Below, piece after piece: positions 18,971-28,539 of a stretch of DNA of 32,556 bases. The notes beneath the pieces are model-generated. The model worked only from the letters and a program-made list of their open reading frames with translations, made no database searches and was not told where the DNA came from. Both the position numbers and the translations under genes were made by a program. The DNA comes from an uncultured Desulfobacteraceae bacterium (GTDB lineage Bacteria > Desulfobacterota > DSM-4660 > Desulfatiglandales > B25-G16): positions 1 to 32,556 of the forward strand of contig CAYPNL010000150.1 of the NCBI GenBank assembly GCA_964412045.1, written 5' to 3'. Numbering within the stretch: position 1 is the stretch's first letter; the number at the start of each line of letters is the position of its first letter.

Positions 18971-20917
18971 TTATGTAATCTTAGCTACCTCATAATTCCT
19001 TGTGAGGGGCATAAACTCAGCCCCCCCGCTCTGATAAAATTTTGTAAAGAACTCTACATAGTGCAAGCGGAGCCCGTGAACAAAGGCCCCCATGGCGTTA
19101 ATAACGAAGTTGAACAGATGGCCTATGAAAAACACAACAAGGGCGACCAAAACCCCGATCGTTCCCAGCGCATAGAGCATACCGGCGAGCACATTCACAG
19201 TCATGGCAATTCCTGTGGTACACAATCCTAATGCCATGAGCCTGGCGTATGAAAGGATGTCACCCATGAACCCCGTTATCTGGAACAGGGCCATTGCCTT
19301 GTGCCCCATCAAGAGCAACGCGAGCGAGAGCACTATAAAGGCTAGGCCTGCCGCCTTGTAGTCAAGCAGGTAGAGCACAATGCCCGGCTGTGCGAATAAA
19401 AACCAGAGATTACCAGTGAGCGCATTCCACAGTTGTTGCCTCTTGAGGTTATCCGCCACGTGTATCACCACCCCTATGTTCACATGGGCTAGGCCAATGA
19501 CAAGGGCTATGATGAGAAAGGCCGTTACCTGGACCATGGGATCGAATACCATCATCGCCTCCAGGATAGACAGCCTTAGCCCAAAGCCCCCAAACCATCC
19601 TCCGGAAAGGGCCCCAATGATAATGGTGGCGGCGCCGGCAGAGAATAGAATGACTCCCCCGTCTCGTATCGCCTGATTGTATCTTCCTCCTCCTCGTATC
19701 AGAAAGAGGCCCAGGGCAAGGGCAATTGCCCCATACAGGGCATCGGTGAGCATGATCGAAAAAAACAACATGAACCCGGGAGCGAGGAATATGGTTGGGT
19801 CCACCCCGTCATAGGCAGGCAGTCCATAGAGACGTGTCAAGAGCTCAAAGCTCCTGAAGAACCTCGGGTTTTTTAGCAAAACCGGCACAGTATCGCCCTC
19901 CTCCGGATCGGATGCCTCTACCACACACGCACCATGGGTGACCTCCCGCATATCCTTCTCCGCCTGTACGAAACGCCCTTCCGGAATCCAGCCCGCAATC
20001 ACCACCACGTGCTCCATTGAGGCGAATTTGTTCTGGCTCTCTTCCCTCTGTCTCTCAGCCGACAGGAACTCCCGGTATTTCTGAAGCTCATCCCTCCATT
20101 CTCGCGCGATACCCGCAATCACCGCCTCATATCTTGATTTCTCCTCGGTCAAGGCCTCCAATCGTTCTTCAACGGACACCACCGCCTCCCGTGGCCTTCC
20201 GCGCTGACCCTCCAGTTCAACCCTCTCCCAATTTAAACGACGGAGGCTTGCCAACACAAGCGATTGCTGTTCTTTGAGATATAGTACGAGCGTTATCCAT
20301 CGGTTGCCGGGCAGTTCCGATGTCCCGAGGTAGAAATTTCCATCGGTCACCTCTTCCAACCGTTCTCTTATAATATCGATCTCCTCCTTTGCCGCTATCC
20401 CTAGCAACACGGACAGAAATTCAGACTCTCCAATGTCCTCGAGATCTACCTCTAAGGGCAGTATGAGCTCCAATAGGCCCCGTACCCCCTTCAATTCACC
20501 AATCTCCTCCTCGATTCTCTCCAGCTCCTCCACCGCTCCTTTTGTCTCTCGTTCGATCTTCTCAATGCTGCTGCCAACCGTCTCGATAAGCTCGTTGCCA
20601 TACATCTCCCTGCTCTCAAGTCTCTTAGGGGGAGAAGGAGCGAAAAGCCCCTTGATAAAGCCCTCTTTCGGCTCCGGATCATAGCGTTCGAAGAGATCTA
20701 ATAGTCGATTCACCGCGATATTCTGAGTGGCTATCTTTCGTATCGTGGCTGAGACGGGATGAGGTCTGAGCAGATCTCCTAACGCTGGGTCAGAAAGTTG
20801 TTCGGAATAATCGGTGAGATGGACCGTGCCGAGCTCCTGTAGCCTCTTGACTGCTTCGTATCGGTAGTCCTCTAGGGCGAGGATCTGTATCTTTTTCATC
20901 CTTACTGGTCTTAGCAT
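18971..20917 (-). CDS. atpI: V-type ATP synthase subunit I (a-subunit homologue)
   Basis: 648 aa. ~330-aa cytosolic coiled-coil N-domain plus a polytopic C-domain containing the essential-Arg motif LSYARLMALGL. Confidence 0.9.
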   Translation of the reverse strand: MLRPVRMKKIQILALEDYRYEAVKRLQELGTVHLTDYSEQLSDPALGDLLRPHPVSATIRKIATQNIAVNRLLDLFERYDPEPKEGFIKGLFAPSPPKRLESREMYGNELIETVGSSIEKIERETKGAVEELERIEEEIGELKGVRGLLELILPLEVDLEDIGESEFLSVLLGIAAKEEIDIIRERLEEVTDGNFYLGTSELPGNRWITLVLYLKEQQSLVLASLRRLNWERVELEGQRGRPREAVVSVEERLEALTEEKSRYEAVIAGIAREWRDELQKYREFLSAERQREESQNKFASMEHVVVIAGWIPEGRFVQAEKDMREVTHGACVVEASDPEEGDTVPVLLKNPRFFRSFELLTRLYGLPAYDGVDPTIFLAPGFMLFFSIMLTDALYGAIALALGLFLIRGGGRYNQAIRDGGVILFSAGAATIIIGALSGGWFGGFGLRLSILEAMMVFDPMVQVTAFLIIALVIGLAHVNIGVVIHVADNLKRQQLWNALTGNLWFLFAQPGIVLYLLDYKAAGLAFIVLSLALLLMGHKAMALFQITGFMGDILSYARLMALGLCTTGIAMTVNVLAGMLYALGTIGVLVALVVFFIGHLFNFVINAMGAFVHGLRLHYVEFFTKFYQSGGAEFMPLTRNYEVAKIT

Positions 20918-20921
20918 GCTG

Positions 20922-21233
20922 TCAACCTAATAGCGCTTTCAATATGAATTCTCTTGCCTTTCCCAAATGGGCCCGGGCACTAGCTCTGATCCTCTCGATC
21001 TCCTTGTTCCATTGTTCTGCAATATTCTGGCACTCGTCCCGCGCAGCCTTTTCAGCATCCTCCTTCATCTTCTCAGCTTGATCTTGGGCATTGCCTATCC
21101 TCTCTACGATAAGTTTTTCAGCCTCGGCCTTGGCATTCTCCACCGCCTTACTCGCCTCGGCCTTGGCATTCTCCGAGCTCTTCAGGGCCTCCTTCTCGGC
21201 ATTCTTTATCATTTGTAAGGATTCTATGATCAT
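20922..21233 (-). CDS. atpH: V-type ATP synthase subunit H (G-like peripheral stalk)
   Basis: 103 aa Ala/Glu/Lys-rich coiled coil. First gene of the operon, as in archaeal ahaH/atpH. Confidence 0.65.
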   Translation of the reverse strand: MIIESLQMIKNAEKEALKSSENAKAEASKAVENAKAEAEKLIVERIGNAQDQAEKMKEDAEKAARDECQNIAEQWNKEIERIRASARAHLGKAREFILKALLG

Positions 21234-21273
21234 GGTAATACTCTCCCGCTGGCGTGGTCTTACTCCTGCACTA

Positions 21274-21675
21274 CTACTTTAAGATAGAAAGGCCTTCAGC
21301 CTTTTGGGAAGGCGTGATGGTCTCATGTTGATCCTCTCTCGCTAGGGCCTGCATCTTGCAGTTTCCCTCAAATATAACCCCTTCCTGAATGACCAATCTC
21401 TGGGTTTGGATGTTCCCAAAGAGCTTGCCAGGAAGATTGATCTCTGTCTTGTTTTCCGCGACGATATCGCCATGAACTTCTCCGCTTATTATCATGTCTC
21501 CAACGTGAACCTTCGCCTTGATAACCGCGCTCTCTCCAATGATCAGGGTGCCGCTGGAAAAAACCTCCCCTGAGAATGTCCCGTCTATCCTCACTGTACC
21601 CATGAAGGAAAATTTACCCTCGAATTCCGTATCCTTCCCTAAAAAGGCGTTTATATCGTCCTTGGCTTTTTTCAT
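21274..21675 (-). CDS. Bactofilin (polymer-forming cytoskeletal protein, DUF583)
   Basis: 133 aa. Repeated beta-helix windings (FEGKFSFMGTVRIDGTFSGEV..., IISGEVHGDIV..., LFGNIQTQRLVIQEGVIFEGNCKM). GGAGAAG SD. Confidence 0.85.
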   Translation of the reverse strand: MKKAKDDINAFLGKDTEFEGKFSFMGTVRIDGTFSGEVFSSGTLIIGESAVIKAKVHVGDMIISGEVHGDIVAENKTEINLPGKLFGNIQTQRLVIQEGVIFEGNCKMQALAREDQHETITPSQKAEGLSILK

Positions 21676-21821
21676 GGGCTGCTTCTCCGCGTTGCTGATT
21701 TTTCAGCGGTTCCATACCATAGTCTCGTTCTCGATTGCAAGTAATTTTTTTCCGTGCCCCCAATCAACGGAAGCCCTTCTTGCAAGGATGGTACAGGGAT
21801 TGCTTGTGAGATCGTAGAGCC

Positions 21822-22928
21822 TTATTTCTGAAACATAAATCTCCTCATGCTCACGTTCATCACCAGACCCATGGAGGCAAATGTAGAGACCACCGATGAT
21901 CCCCCGTAGCTGAAAAGCGCCAGTGGTATCCCCACCACGGGAAGAAGGCCTGTCACCATGCATACGTTGATTATAAGATGCCAGAAGATCAATGCGACCA
22001 CGCCTACTACCACAAGGGTTCCAAATCTATCCTTGCTGTTCCTGGCTATGTTCAGACACCACAGTATCAAGAACAGATAGAGCGCCAACAGCGCTGCCGA
22101 TCCTATGAAGCCCCACTCCTCAGCCAAAACCGAAAACAAAAAGTCGGTATGTTGCTGTGGCAAAAAATTGAGGCTCGTTTGGGTACCCTTGAGATACCCT
22201 TTCCCCCAGAAGAGCCCTGATCCAATTGCGATCTTAGACTGCGTAATATGATAAGCGGAACCGAGGGGGTCTGTCTCAGGCCTTAAAAAGGCGATGATCC
22301 GCATTTTCTGGTAACCCTGAAGGCTCGTCCAGAAAAAGGGGGCGGAAATACAGGCGATGGAAAGAAAAATGAGCAATGATCTCCGGTTCACATGGGCAAA
22401 CAGGATGATGGAGAAAGAGACCATGAGTATCATCAGGGCGGTCCCCAGGTCTGGTTGTGAGACGATCATCACAAACGGTATGGCGATCATAATCAAGGGT
22501 TTCCATAGATCCCTTATCCTGTAATCGCCCGTCTTCTCTGAGGCGGAAAAATATTTCGCGAGCACCAGGACAACAAAGACCTTTGCCATCTCCGAGGGCT
22601 GCACCGAGAAGAATCCCAGGTGTAACCATCGTTGGGAGCCATGGGTTACCCTTCCTATTTGAAGAACGACCAGCAGAAGAATTAAACAGAGGAAAAACAG
22701 AGGATACGCTATCCTATCGAGCAGGTGATAATCAAAGGTCGTCATGAGCAGCAGGACCAAGAAACCAATCCCGTACCAACAGATCTGCTTCACATATATC
22801 CCGCTCCCCCCAACCGATCTGATCGAGCACGTTGCGCTGTAAAGATTAACGACGCTCAGCAATCCAATCATCATTAAGATGCCCAAGAGAATCCAGTCGA
22901 AATTATCCAGCAATCGTCGATCGAACAT
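21822..22928 (-). CDS. rodA: Rod shape-determining SEDS glycosyltransferase RodA
   Basis: 368 aa, about 10 TM. QPSEMAK, QPDLGTALM and LPQQHTDFLFSVLAEEWGF motifs. Confidence 0.93.
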   Translation of the reverse strand: MFDRRLLDNFDWILLGILMMIGLLSVVNLYSATCSIRSVGGSGIYVKQICWYGIGFLVLLLMTTFDYHLLDRIAYPLFFLCLILLLVVLQIGRVTHGSQRWLHLGFFSVQPSEMAKVFVVLVLAKYFSASEKTGDYRIRDLWKPLIMIAIPFVMIVSQPDLGTALMILMVSFSIILFAHVNRRSLLIFLSIACISAPFFWTSLQGYQKMRIIAFLRPETDPLGSAYHITQSKIAIGSGLFWGKGYLKGTQTSLNFLPQQHTDFLFSVLAEEWGFIGSAALLALYLFLILWCLNIARNSKDRFGTLVVVGVVALIFWHLIINVCMVTGLLPVVGIPLALFSYGGSSVVSTFASMGLVMNVSMRRFMFQK

Positions 22929-22952
22929 ATAAGCCTTGCTCCATTCCTGTCA

Positions 22953-24785
22953 TCAGGATCTCTGTCTGAAATAGCCCTCGAGTATCATCTTAGCTATAGG
23001 GACTGCAGCCGACCCTCCCGTACCGCCGTGCTCTATTATTATGCTCAACGCGAGTTCTGGCCTCTCGGCAGGTGCGACCGCCACGAACCACGAATGGTCT
23101 CGGAATTGATAGGGAACCTCCTCTTCCGCAATGGTCTCTTTGTCTTCGGGAAGTGCTATTACTTGGGCAGTACCTGTTTTGCCGGCCAGCCGTATACTAT
23201 CAATCCTCGCAGCTCTCCCCGTTCCTCTTGGCTCGTTGACTACCCCGTACAGGGCCCGTTTTATCAATTCCACGTGCGTCTTCCTTATATTCCAGCGCCC
23301 CATAATATCGGGTTGAAATCTAAAAACAGTTCCTCCCTGGCCCTTGCCCACCAATCTCGTTTCCTGTGGCCTAAAAAGGATTCCCCCGTTAAACAAGGCC
23401 GAGATAAATCTCGTCATCTGGAGAGGGGTAACAAGGGTAAAGCTCTGCCCAACTGAGACCGACAGCGTTTCCCCTGCCTGCCATGGGATATGCCAATGGT
23501 TGAGCTTCCATTCCCTATCCGGGATGAGACCTGGCTCCTCGCTCCCCAACTGCAGACCTGTTCTCGAGCCTAAGCCGAGCAACCTAGCATATCTCGCGAT
23601 GGTATCTATGCCTATCCTTTGACCCATCATGTAAAAATACACATCACACGACTCAACGAGGGCTCTGTGCAGGTCAACCGACCCATGGCCTCCCTTCTTC
23701 CAATCACGATAAGCCCTTCCAGAAAAATGATATCTTCCGGTGCAGATGATCTTCTCGTGTGGGTCGATTATTCCCTCCTCCAACCCTGCAAGGGCTACCA
23801 CTATCTTGAATAATGAGCCTGGTGGATACTGTCCTGTGGTCACCCTGTTTTGTAGCGGAAACCGGGGGTTTGAAACGAGGCCCTCCCACCCCTTCCTGTC
23901 CATGCCGCTTACAAAGTCATTCGGATCAAATGCGGGGCTGCTCGCCATTGCCAATATTTCCCCGCTCATGGGATTCATGGCGACAATCGCGCCTACCTTA
24001 TCCTCAAGGGCCTTCTCGGCCAACATCTGAAGAGCTTTATCTATGGTCAAACAGACATCCGAACCCGGCTCCGCATCCCTTTGAAAGAGCACCCGCAGCC
24101 TTCTGCCATAAGCATCCACCTCCACCTGTTGGCCTCCCCTCATGCCATGCAACTGTTTTTGCCACTTTCGCTCGATGCCGACTTTCCCCACAAGATCTCC
24201 GAGCCTATTCTGCGTATACTCCTCGCTTGTTAACTGTTCTCTGTCGATTTCCCCGAGATAGCCGATGAGATGGGAGGCAAATGGGCCATAGAGATAATGC
24301 CTCCTTGGCTTCACCTCCATCTCAACGCCGGGCATGCTGAACATGTTTGTCTCCACCTTGGCCAACTCATCTCGGGTGAGACCTTTCTTTATGAGGACGG
24401 GCTGAAATGGATTACGCTTCTGCGCCCTTCTTATCCTTTTTCTTGCTGAGGCTTCGTCTATCTCGACCAACTCTTGAAGCCCTGCCAGCAGACTATCCGG
24501 ATCACCTATATCCTCGGGAACTGCGCCTAATATGAAAAGGGGACGATTGTCGACCAGCAGCTCGCCATTCCTATCGTAAAGCAATCCGCGAAAGGGCACA
24601 ACATCACGCAGATAGATCCTGTTGTTCTCCGACTGTGCCCTGTATTTTGAGCCATGAATAACTTGCAGAGACCACAGCCGTACAAATAGCACGCCAAAGA
24701 CAACGAGGACAAACAAGGTAAGCCTCTTGAGTCGCCTCTGAAATATATCGGCTTCTGCAGGGTCAAAACCCGAATGTCCTACCAT
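22953..24785 (-). CDS. mrdA: Penicillin-binding protein 2 (elongasome transpeptidase)
   Basis: 610 aa. N-terminal TM, pedestal domain, SxxK (GSLFK) and KTGT (GKTGTAQV) motifs. Confidence 0.93.
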   Translation of the reverse strand: MVGHSGFDPAEADIFQRRLKRLTLFVLVVFGVLFVRLWSLQVIHGSKYRAQSENNRIYLRDVVPFRGLLYDRNGELLVDNRPLFILGAVPEDIGDPDSLLAGLQELVEIDEASARKRIRRAQKRNPFQPVLIKKGLTRDELAKVETNMFSMPGVEMEVKPRRHYLYGPFASHLIGYLGEIDREQLTSEEYTQNRLGDLVGKVGIERKWQKQLHGMRGGQQVEVDAYGRRLRVLFQRDAEPGSDVCLTIDKALQMLAEKALEDKVGAIVAMNPMSGEILAMASSPAFDPNDFVSGMDRKGWEGLVSNPRFPLQNRVTTGQYPPGSLFKIVVALAGLEEGIIDPHEKIICTGRYHFSGRAYRDWKKGGHGSVDLHRALVESCDVYFYMMGQRIGIDTIARYARLLGLGSRTGLQLGSEEPGLIPDREWKLNHWHIPWQAGETLSVSVGQSFTLVTPLQMTRFISALFNGGILFRPQETRLVGKGQGGTVFRFQPDIMGRWNIRKTHVELIKRALYGVVNEPRGTGRAARIDSIRLAGKTGTAQVIALPEDKETIAEEEVPYQFRDHSWFVAVAPAERPELALSIIIEHGGTGGSAAVPIAKMILEGYFRQRS

Positions 24786-25345
24786 GAGTATCGCTCGATG
24801 TCGTTATGAAAGGTGTCAGAGGCCCTTCCTCCGCCTCCTAAATCCATGAAATAGAACAAGGGAGGCGCAAGGAGGCTCGTTATCAAGGCGGATAACAACA
24901 CTGGGAGGAAGGGCGTTGAAGGAATAAACTTCCCGATCGTGAAAAGGTTGAGCACAACCAGAATAAAAGCCCACTTGGCCAAAATGCACATGGCAACAAG
25001 CAGCGCTGATGTCTTGATTTTATTGAAATCCAAGAACTGGTGGCAACGATTCAGTCCCAGGGTGATCATTGAATAGGCGACGGCAAACAGTCCCAGCGGA
25101 CATAGGGTCATGATGTCGGTCAAAATCCCTACACAAAAGGCAAGGCTTCCCGCCCTTAACTGTTGATCCTTTCCGACCAGATAGATGAGCGCGATGGGGA
25201 TGAGATCAATATCGAGCCACTCAATACCCAGGCTGTGGCCGACGCTTCCCCGAATGAGAACAAAAATTCCGCTCATCACGCAGATGCTCAGAAACAAGAA
25301 ATCTACGCGCGCCTTCCAATGCTGGACAAGCCCCCTGGTACTCAT
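24779..25345 (-). CDS. mreD: Rod shape-determining protein MreD
   Basis: 188 aa polytopic membrane protein between mreC and mrdA. 7-nt overlap with mrdA. Confidence 0.75.
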   Translation of the reverse strand: MSTRGLVQHWKARVDFLFLSICVMSGIFVLIRGSVGHSLGIEWLDIDLIPIALIYLVGKDQQLRAGSLAFCVGILTDIMTLCPLGLFAVAYSMITLGLNRCHQFLDFNKIKTSALLVAMCILAKWAFILVVLNLFTIGKFIPSTPFLPVLLSALITSLLAPPLFYFMDLGGGGRASDTFHNDIERYSW

Positions 25346-25354
25346 CTCAATGCC

Positions 25355-26221
25355 TTACGGCAATATACCATCGCCCCCTCGGTTCCTGCCCTCTCGAAGG
25401 GGAAGGGAGCCCCTGGTCAGGATTATGAGGACTTCCTCTAGTTTATTAAAATTAACAGCGGGAATAACCCTAACGTCCTTGAACAATTTATAGGGAGAAT
25501 CTTCAACGCTTTTTACCATGCCCAGACAAAGGCCTTTTGGGAATATCCCCCCCAATCCGGAGGTCACAATAGCATCGCCTGGCTTTATCTCACATGTCTT
25601 TATTACGTAATCAAAATAGCACTCATCCGTTCCACTGCCCTTTACCATGCCTCTGCCCCGTGAGCTCTGTACTACTCCGTCAACAGCCGAGTTTTGATCC
25701 GTAACTAATAAAACCTGAGAATAGTCGGTCGATACCGAAACAACCCTTCCCACAATCCCTTCAGAGTTCACTACTGCCATATTTATCGCAACTCGTTCCC
25801 GGGACCCTCTGTCAATAATGATGGATTTAAACATCCCGCTACAATCCCATCCGGTCACCATTGCCGGTATGAGCGTGGCGTCAGTGCTTTCCTGAAATTT
25901 GAAAAGCTCTTGCAGCCGTTCGTTGGCTAGCAGCACCTCTTTATACCCGCTGTTCTCGAGCTCGAGCAGGTTAATCTGGGCTTTAAGCCGAAGGTTTGCC
26001 CGGCGAGTCTCCACCAGGAAGAAATAGTCACCCCAGATATCCCGCATGAAGCGAACCGTGCCCATAAAGCACTTCTGAATGGGGGCGGTTACCTCAATAA
26101 CAAGCTTCTCGGCCCTATTCCACTCTTGCCCCTTGCCGAGGCTCAAGGACAGCAAGATCACGGATATGACAACAAGGGCATAGGTAACCCATTTCGGCTT
26201 ATGCTCTAAAAAGATGGTCAA
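25355..26221 (-). CDS. mreC: Rod shape-determining protein MreC
   Basis: 288 aa. TM anchor, coiled coil (LRLKAQINLLELEN) and beta-barrel region (GIVGRVVSVS...VTSGLGGIFPKGLCLG). TTG start as given by the ORF track. Confidence 0.88.
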   Translation of the reverse strand: MTIFLEHKPKWVTYALVVISVILLSLSLGKGQEWNRAEKLVIEVTAPIQKCFMGTVRFMRDIWGDYFFLVETRRANLRLKAQINLLELENSGYKEVLLANERLQELFKFQESTDATLIPAMVTGWDCSGMFKSIIIDRGSRERVAINMAVVNSEGIVGRVVSVSTDYSQVLLVTDQNSAVDGVVQSSRGRGMVKGSGTDECYFDYVIKTCEIKPGDAIVTSGLGGIFPKGLCLGMVKSVEDSPYKLFKDVRVIPAVNFNKLEEVLIILTRGSLPLREGRNRGGDGILP

Positions 26222-26245
26222 CTGTAGTTAGCCTGAACCCTTCGG

Positions 26246-27316
<1,071 letters not shown>

Positions 27317-27415
27317 TTAAATAATTTTACGAGATTTATCAATAAAAATAGCGCCTGCCCCTATAAGGCGCTGTGGCATTTCGACATAGAGTTTCATGGG
27401 TGCCCCTCTTTTGTC

Positions 27416-27445
27416 TTGACAACCCATAGGAGCTATGCTTATTAA
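27416..27445 (+). promoter_or_regulatory. Candidate promoter for the rpmH operon (TTGACA-18 nt-TATTAA)
   Basis: Consensus -35 TTGACA at 27416-27421. The -10 is imperfect (TTATTA/TATTAA at 27439-27445). Confidence 0.35.
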
Positions 27446-27546
27446 ACGATTGATAAAATCGCTTTTCGATTTTATAGGAGGCGGCTTCGCCGCTTAAAGA
27501 AGGAAATTCTATACTATATATTTGCGGCGGGAGGGAAGCAACTTCT

Positions 27547-27681
27547 ATGAAGCAAACATTTCAGCCAAGCAATATAAAGAGGTCTCGTGTCCATGGTTTT
27601 CGGGCGAGAATGAGCACCAAGGGCGGAAGAAAGGTTCTCGCGAGAAGGAGGGCCAAAGGGCGGAAAAGGCTCGCTGTATAA
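27547..27681 (+). CDS. rpmH: 50S ribosomal protein L34
   Basis: Hand translation gives 44 aa, below the ORF-track cutoff: [44 protein letters not shown]. This is a near-universal L34 sequence. GGGAGGG lies upstream. Confidence 0.95.
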   Translation: MKQTFQPSNIKRSRVHGFRARMSTKGGRKVLARRRAKGRKRLAV

Positions 27682-27750
27682 CGCGCAGCATGGTTCGGTC
27701 TTTGTGTGCGCTCTTTTCCCCAGCCGTTTTCCACGCGGTGATGCCTGAGG

Positions 27751-28104
27751 ATGAAATCATTATCCCTTACTAAAAAGGAGCGGGTTCTCAAAAGGGCCGA
27801 TTTCATCGACATCAGTGTTCGCGGCCATAGGCTTCGCACAGAGAACTTCACCATTATCGCGCGGCCAACCGGTGGGGATATCACGAGATTAGGCATAGCG
27901 GTCAGCAAGAGGGTTGGGAATGCCGTAAAGAGAAACCGCGTGAAACGATTGATTAGGGAATTTTTCCGTCTTCACAAGCACTCGATGCCCACGGGTTACG
28001 ATGTCGTAATTATCCCCCTACATAAAATCGAAGCGCCGAGCTTTTCTAAGGTATATGATGAGTTGCGTAACGCAGTAATAGAAAATGACAAATTCATTTC
28101 CTAA
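27751..28104 (+). CDS. rnpA: Ribonuclease P protein component
   Basis: 117 aa. Basic RNR motif [16 protein letters not shown]. Directly downstream of rpmH. Confidence 0.9.
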   Translation: MKSLSLTKKERVLKRADFIDISVRGHRLRTENFTIIARPTGGDITRLGIAVSKRVGNAVKRNRVKRLIREFFRLHKHSMPTGYDVVIIPLHKIEAPSFSKVYDELRNAVIENDKFIS

Positions 28105-28315
28105 AGCGAGCACGTGTATCGTTGTGTTAATAAGGTTTTATCAAATAGCAATATCGCCTCTTTTCCCAACCTCGTGTCGGTTTATGCCCACATGCTCCAC
28201 CTATGCCTCCCTTGCCATAAAGAAATACGGGATCATTAAAGGAGGGTTCCTCGCAGCAAAAAGGATCCTTAAATGCCATCCCTTTCATCCGGGCGGCTAT
28301 GATCCCCTCAGGTGA
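28085..28315 (+). CDS. yidD: Membrane protein insertion efficiency factor YidD
   Basis: 76 aa. [10 protein letters not shown]...[11 protein letters not shown]...HPGGYDP signature. Overlaps the rnpA 3' end. Confidence 0.9.
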   Translation: MTNSFPKASTCIVVLIRFYQIAISPLFPTSCRFMPTCSTYASLAIKKYGIIKGGFLAAKRILKCHPFHPGGYDPLR

Positions 28316-28539
28316 GCCCTGCGAGACCTTCATGAGCCTGCTATTCCAACGGTGAAAGAGAAGAGCTTGATCGGGAAACGATTGTATAAACAGAAGGGTG
28401 TTTCCCGCAAGCAAACGCTCTCCTTTCCTCTGTTGCAGTTCGTGTATGTGTCGCATTTTTTAGTCGTTCACCGGGCGTCATGAGTTGTTAGTAACGGGAC
28501 AATCGATTATGATTTACTTACATGAGTGCTGGGTTTTTG

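Noticed and set aside
28127-28456. 109-aa ORF antisense to yidD
   Set aside because: It overlaps the conserved yidD CDS. It has no family features and no SD.
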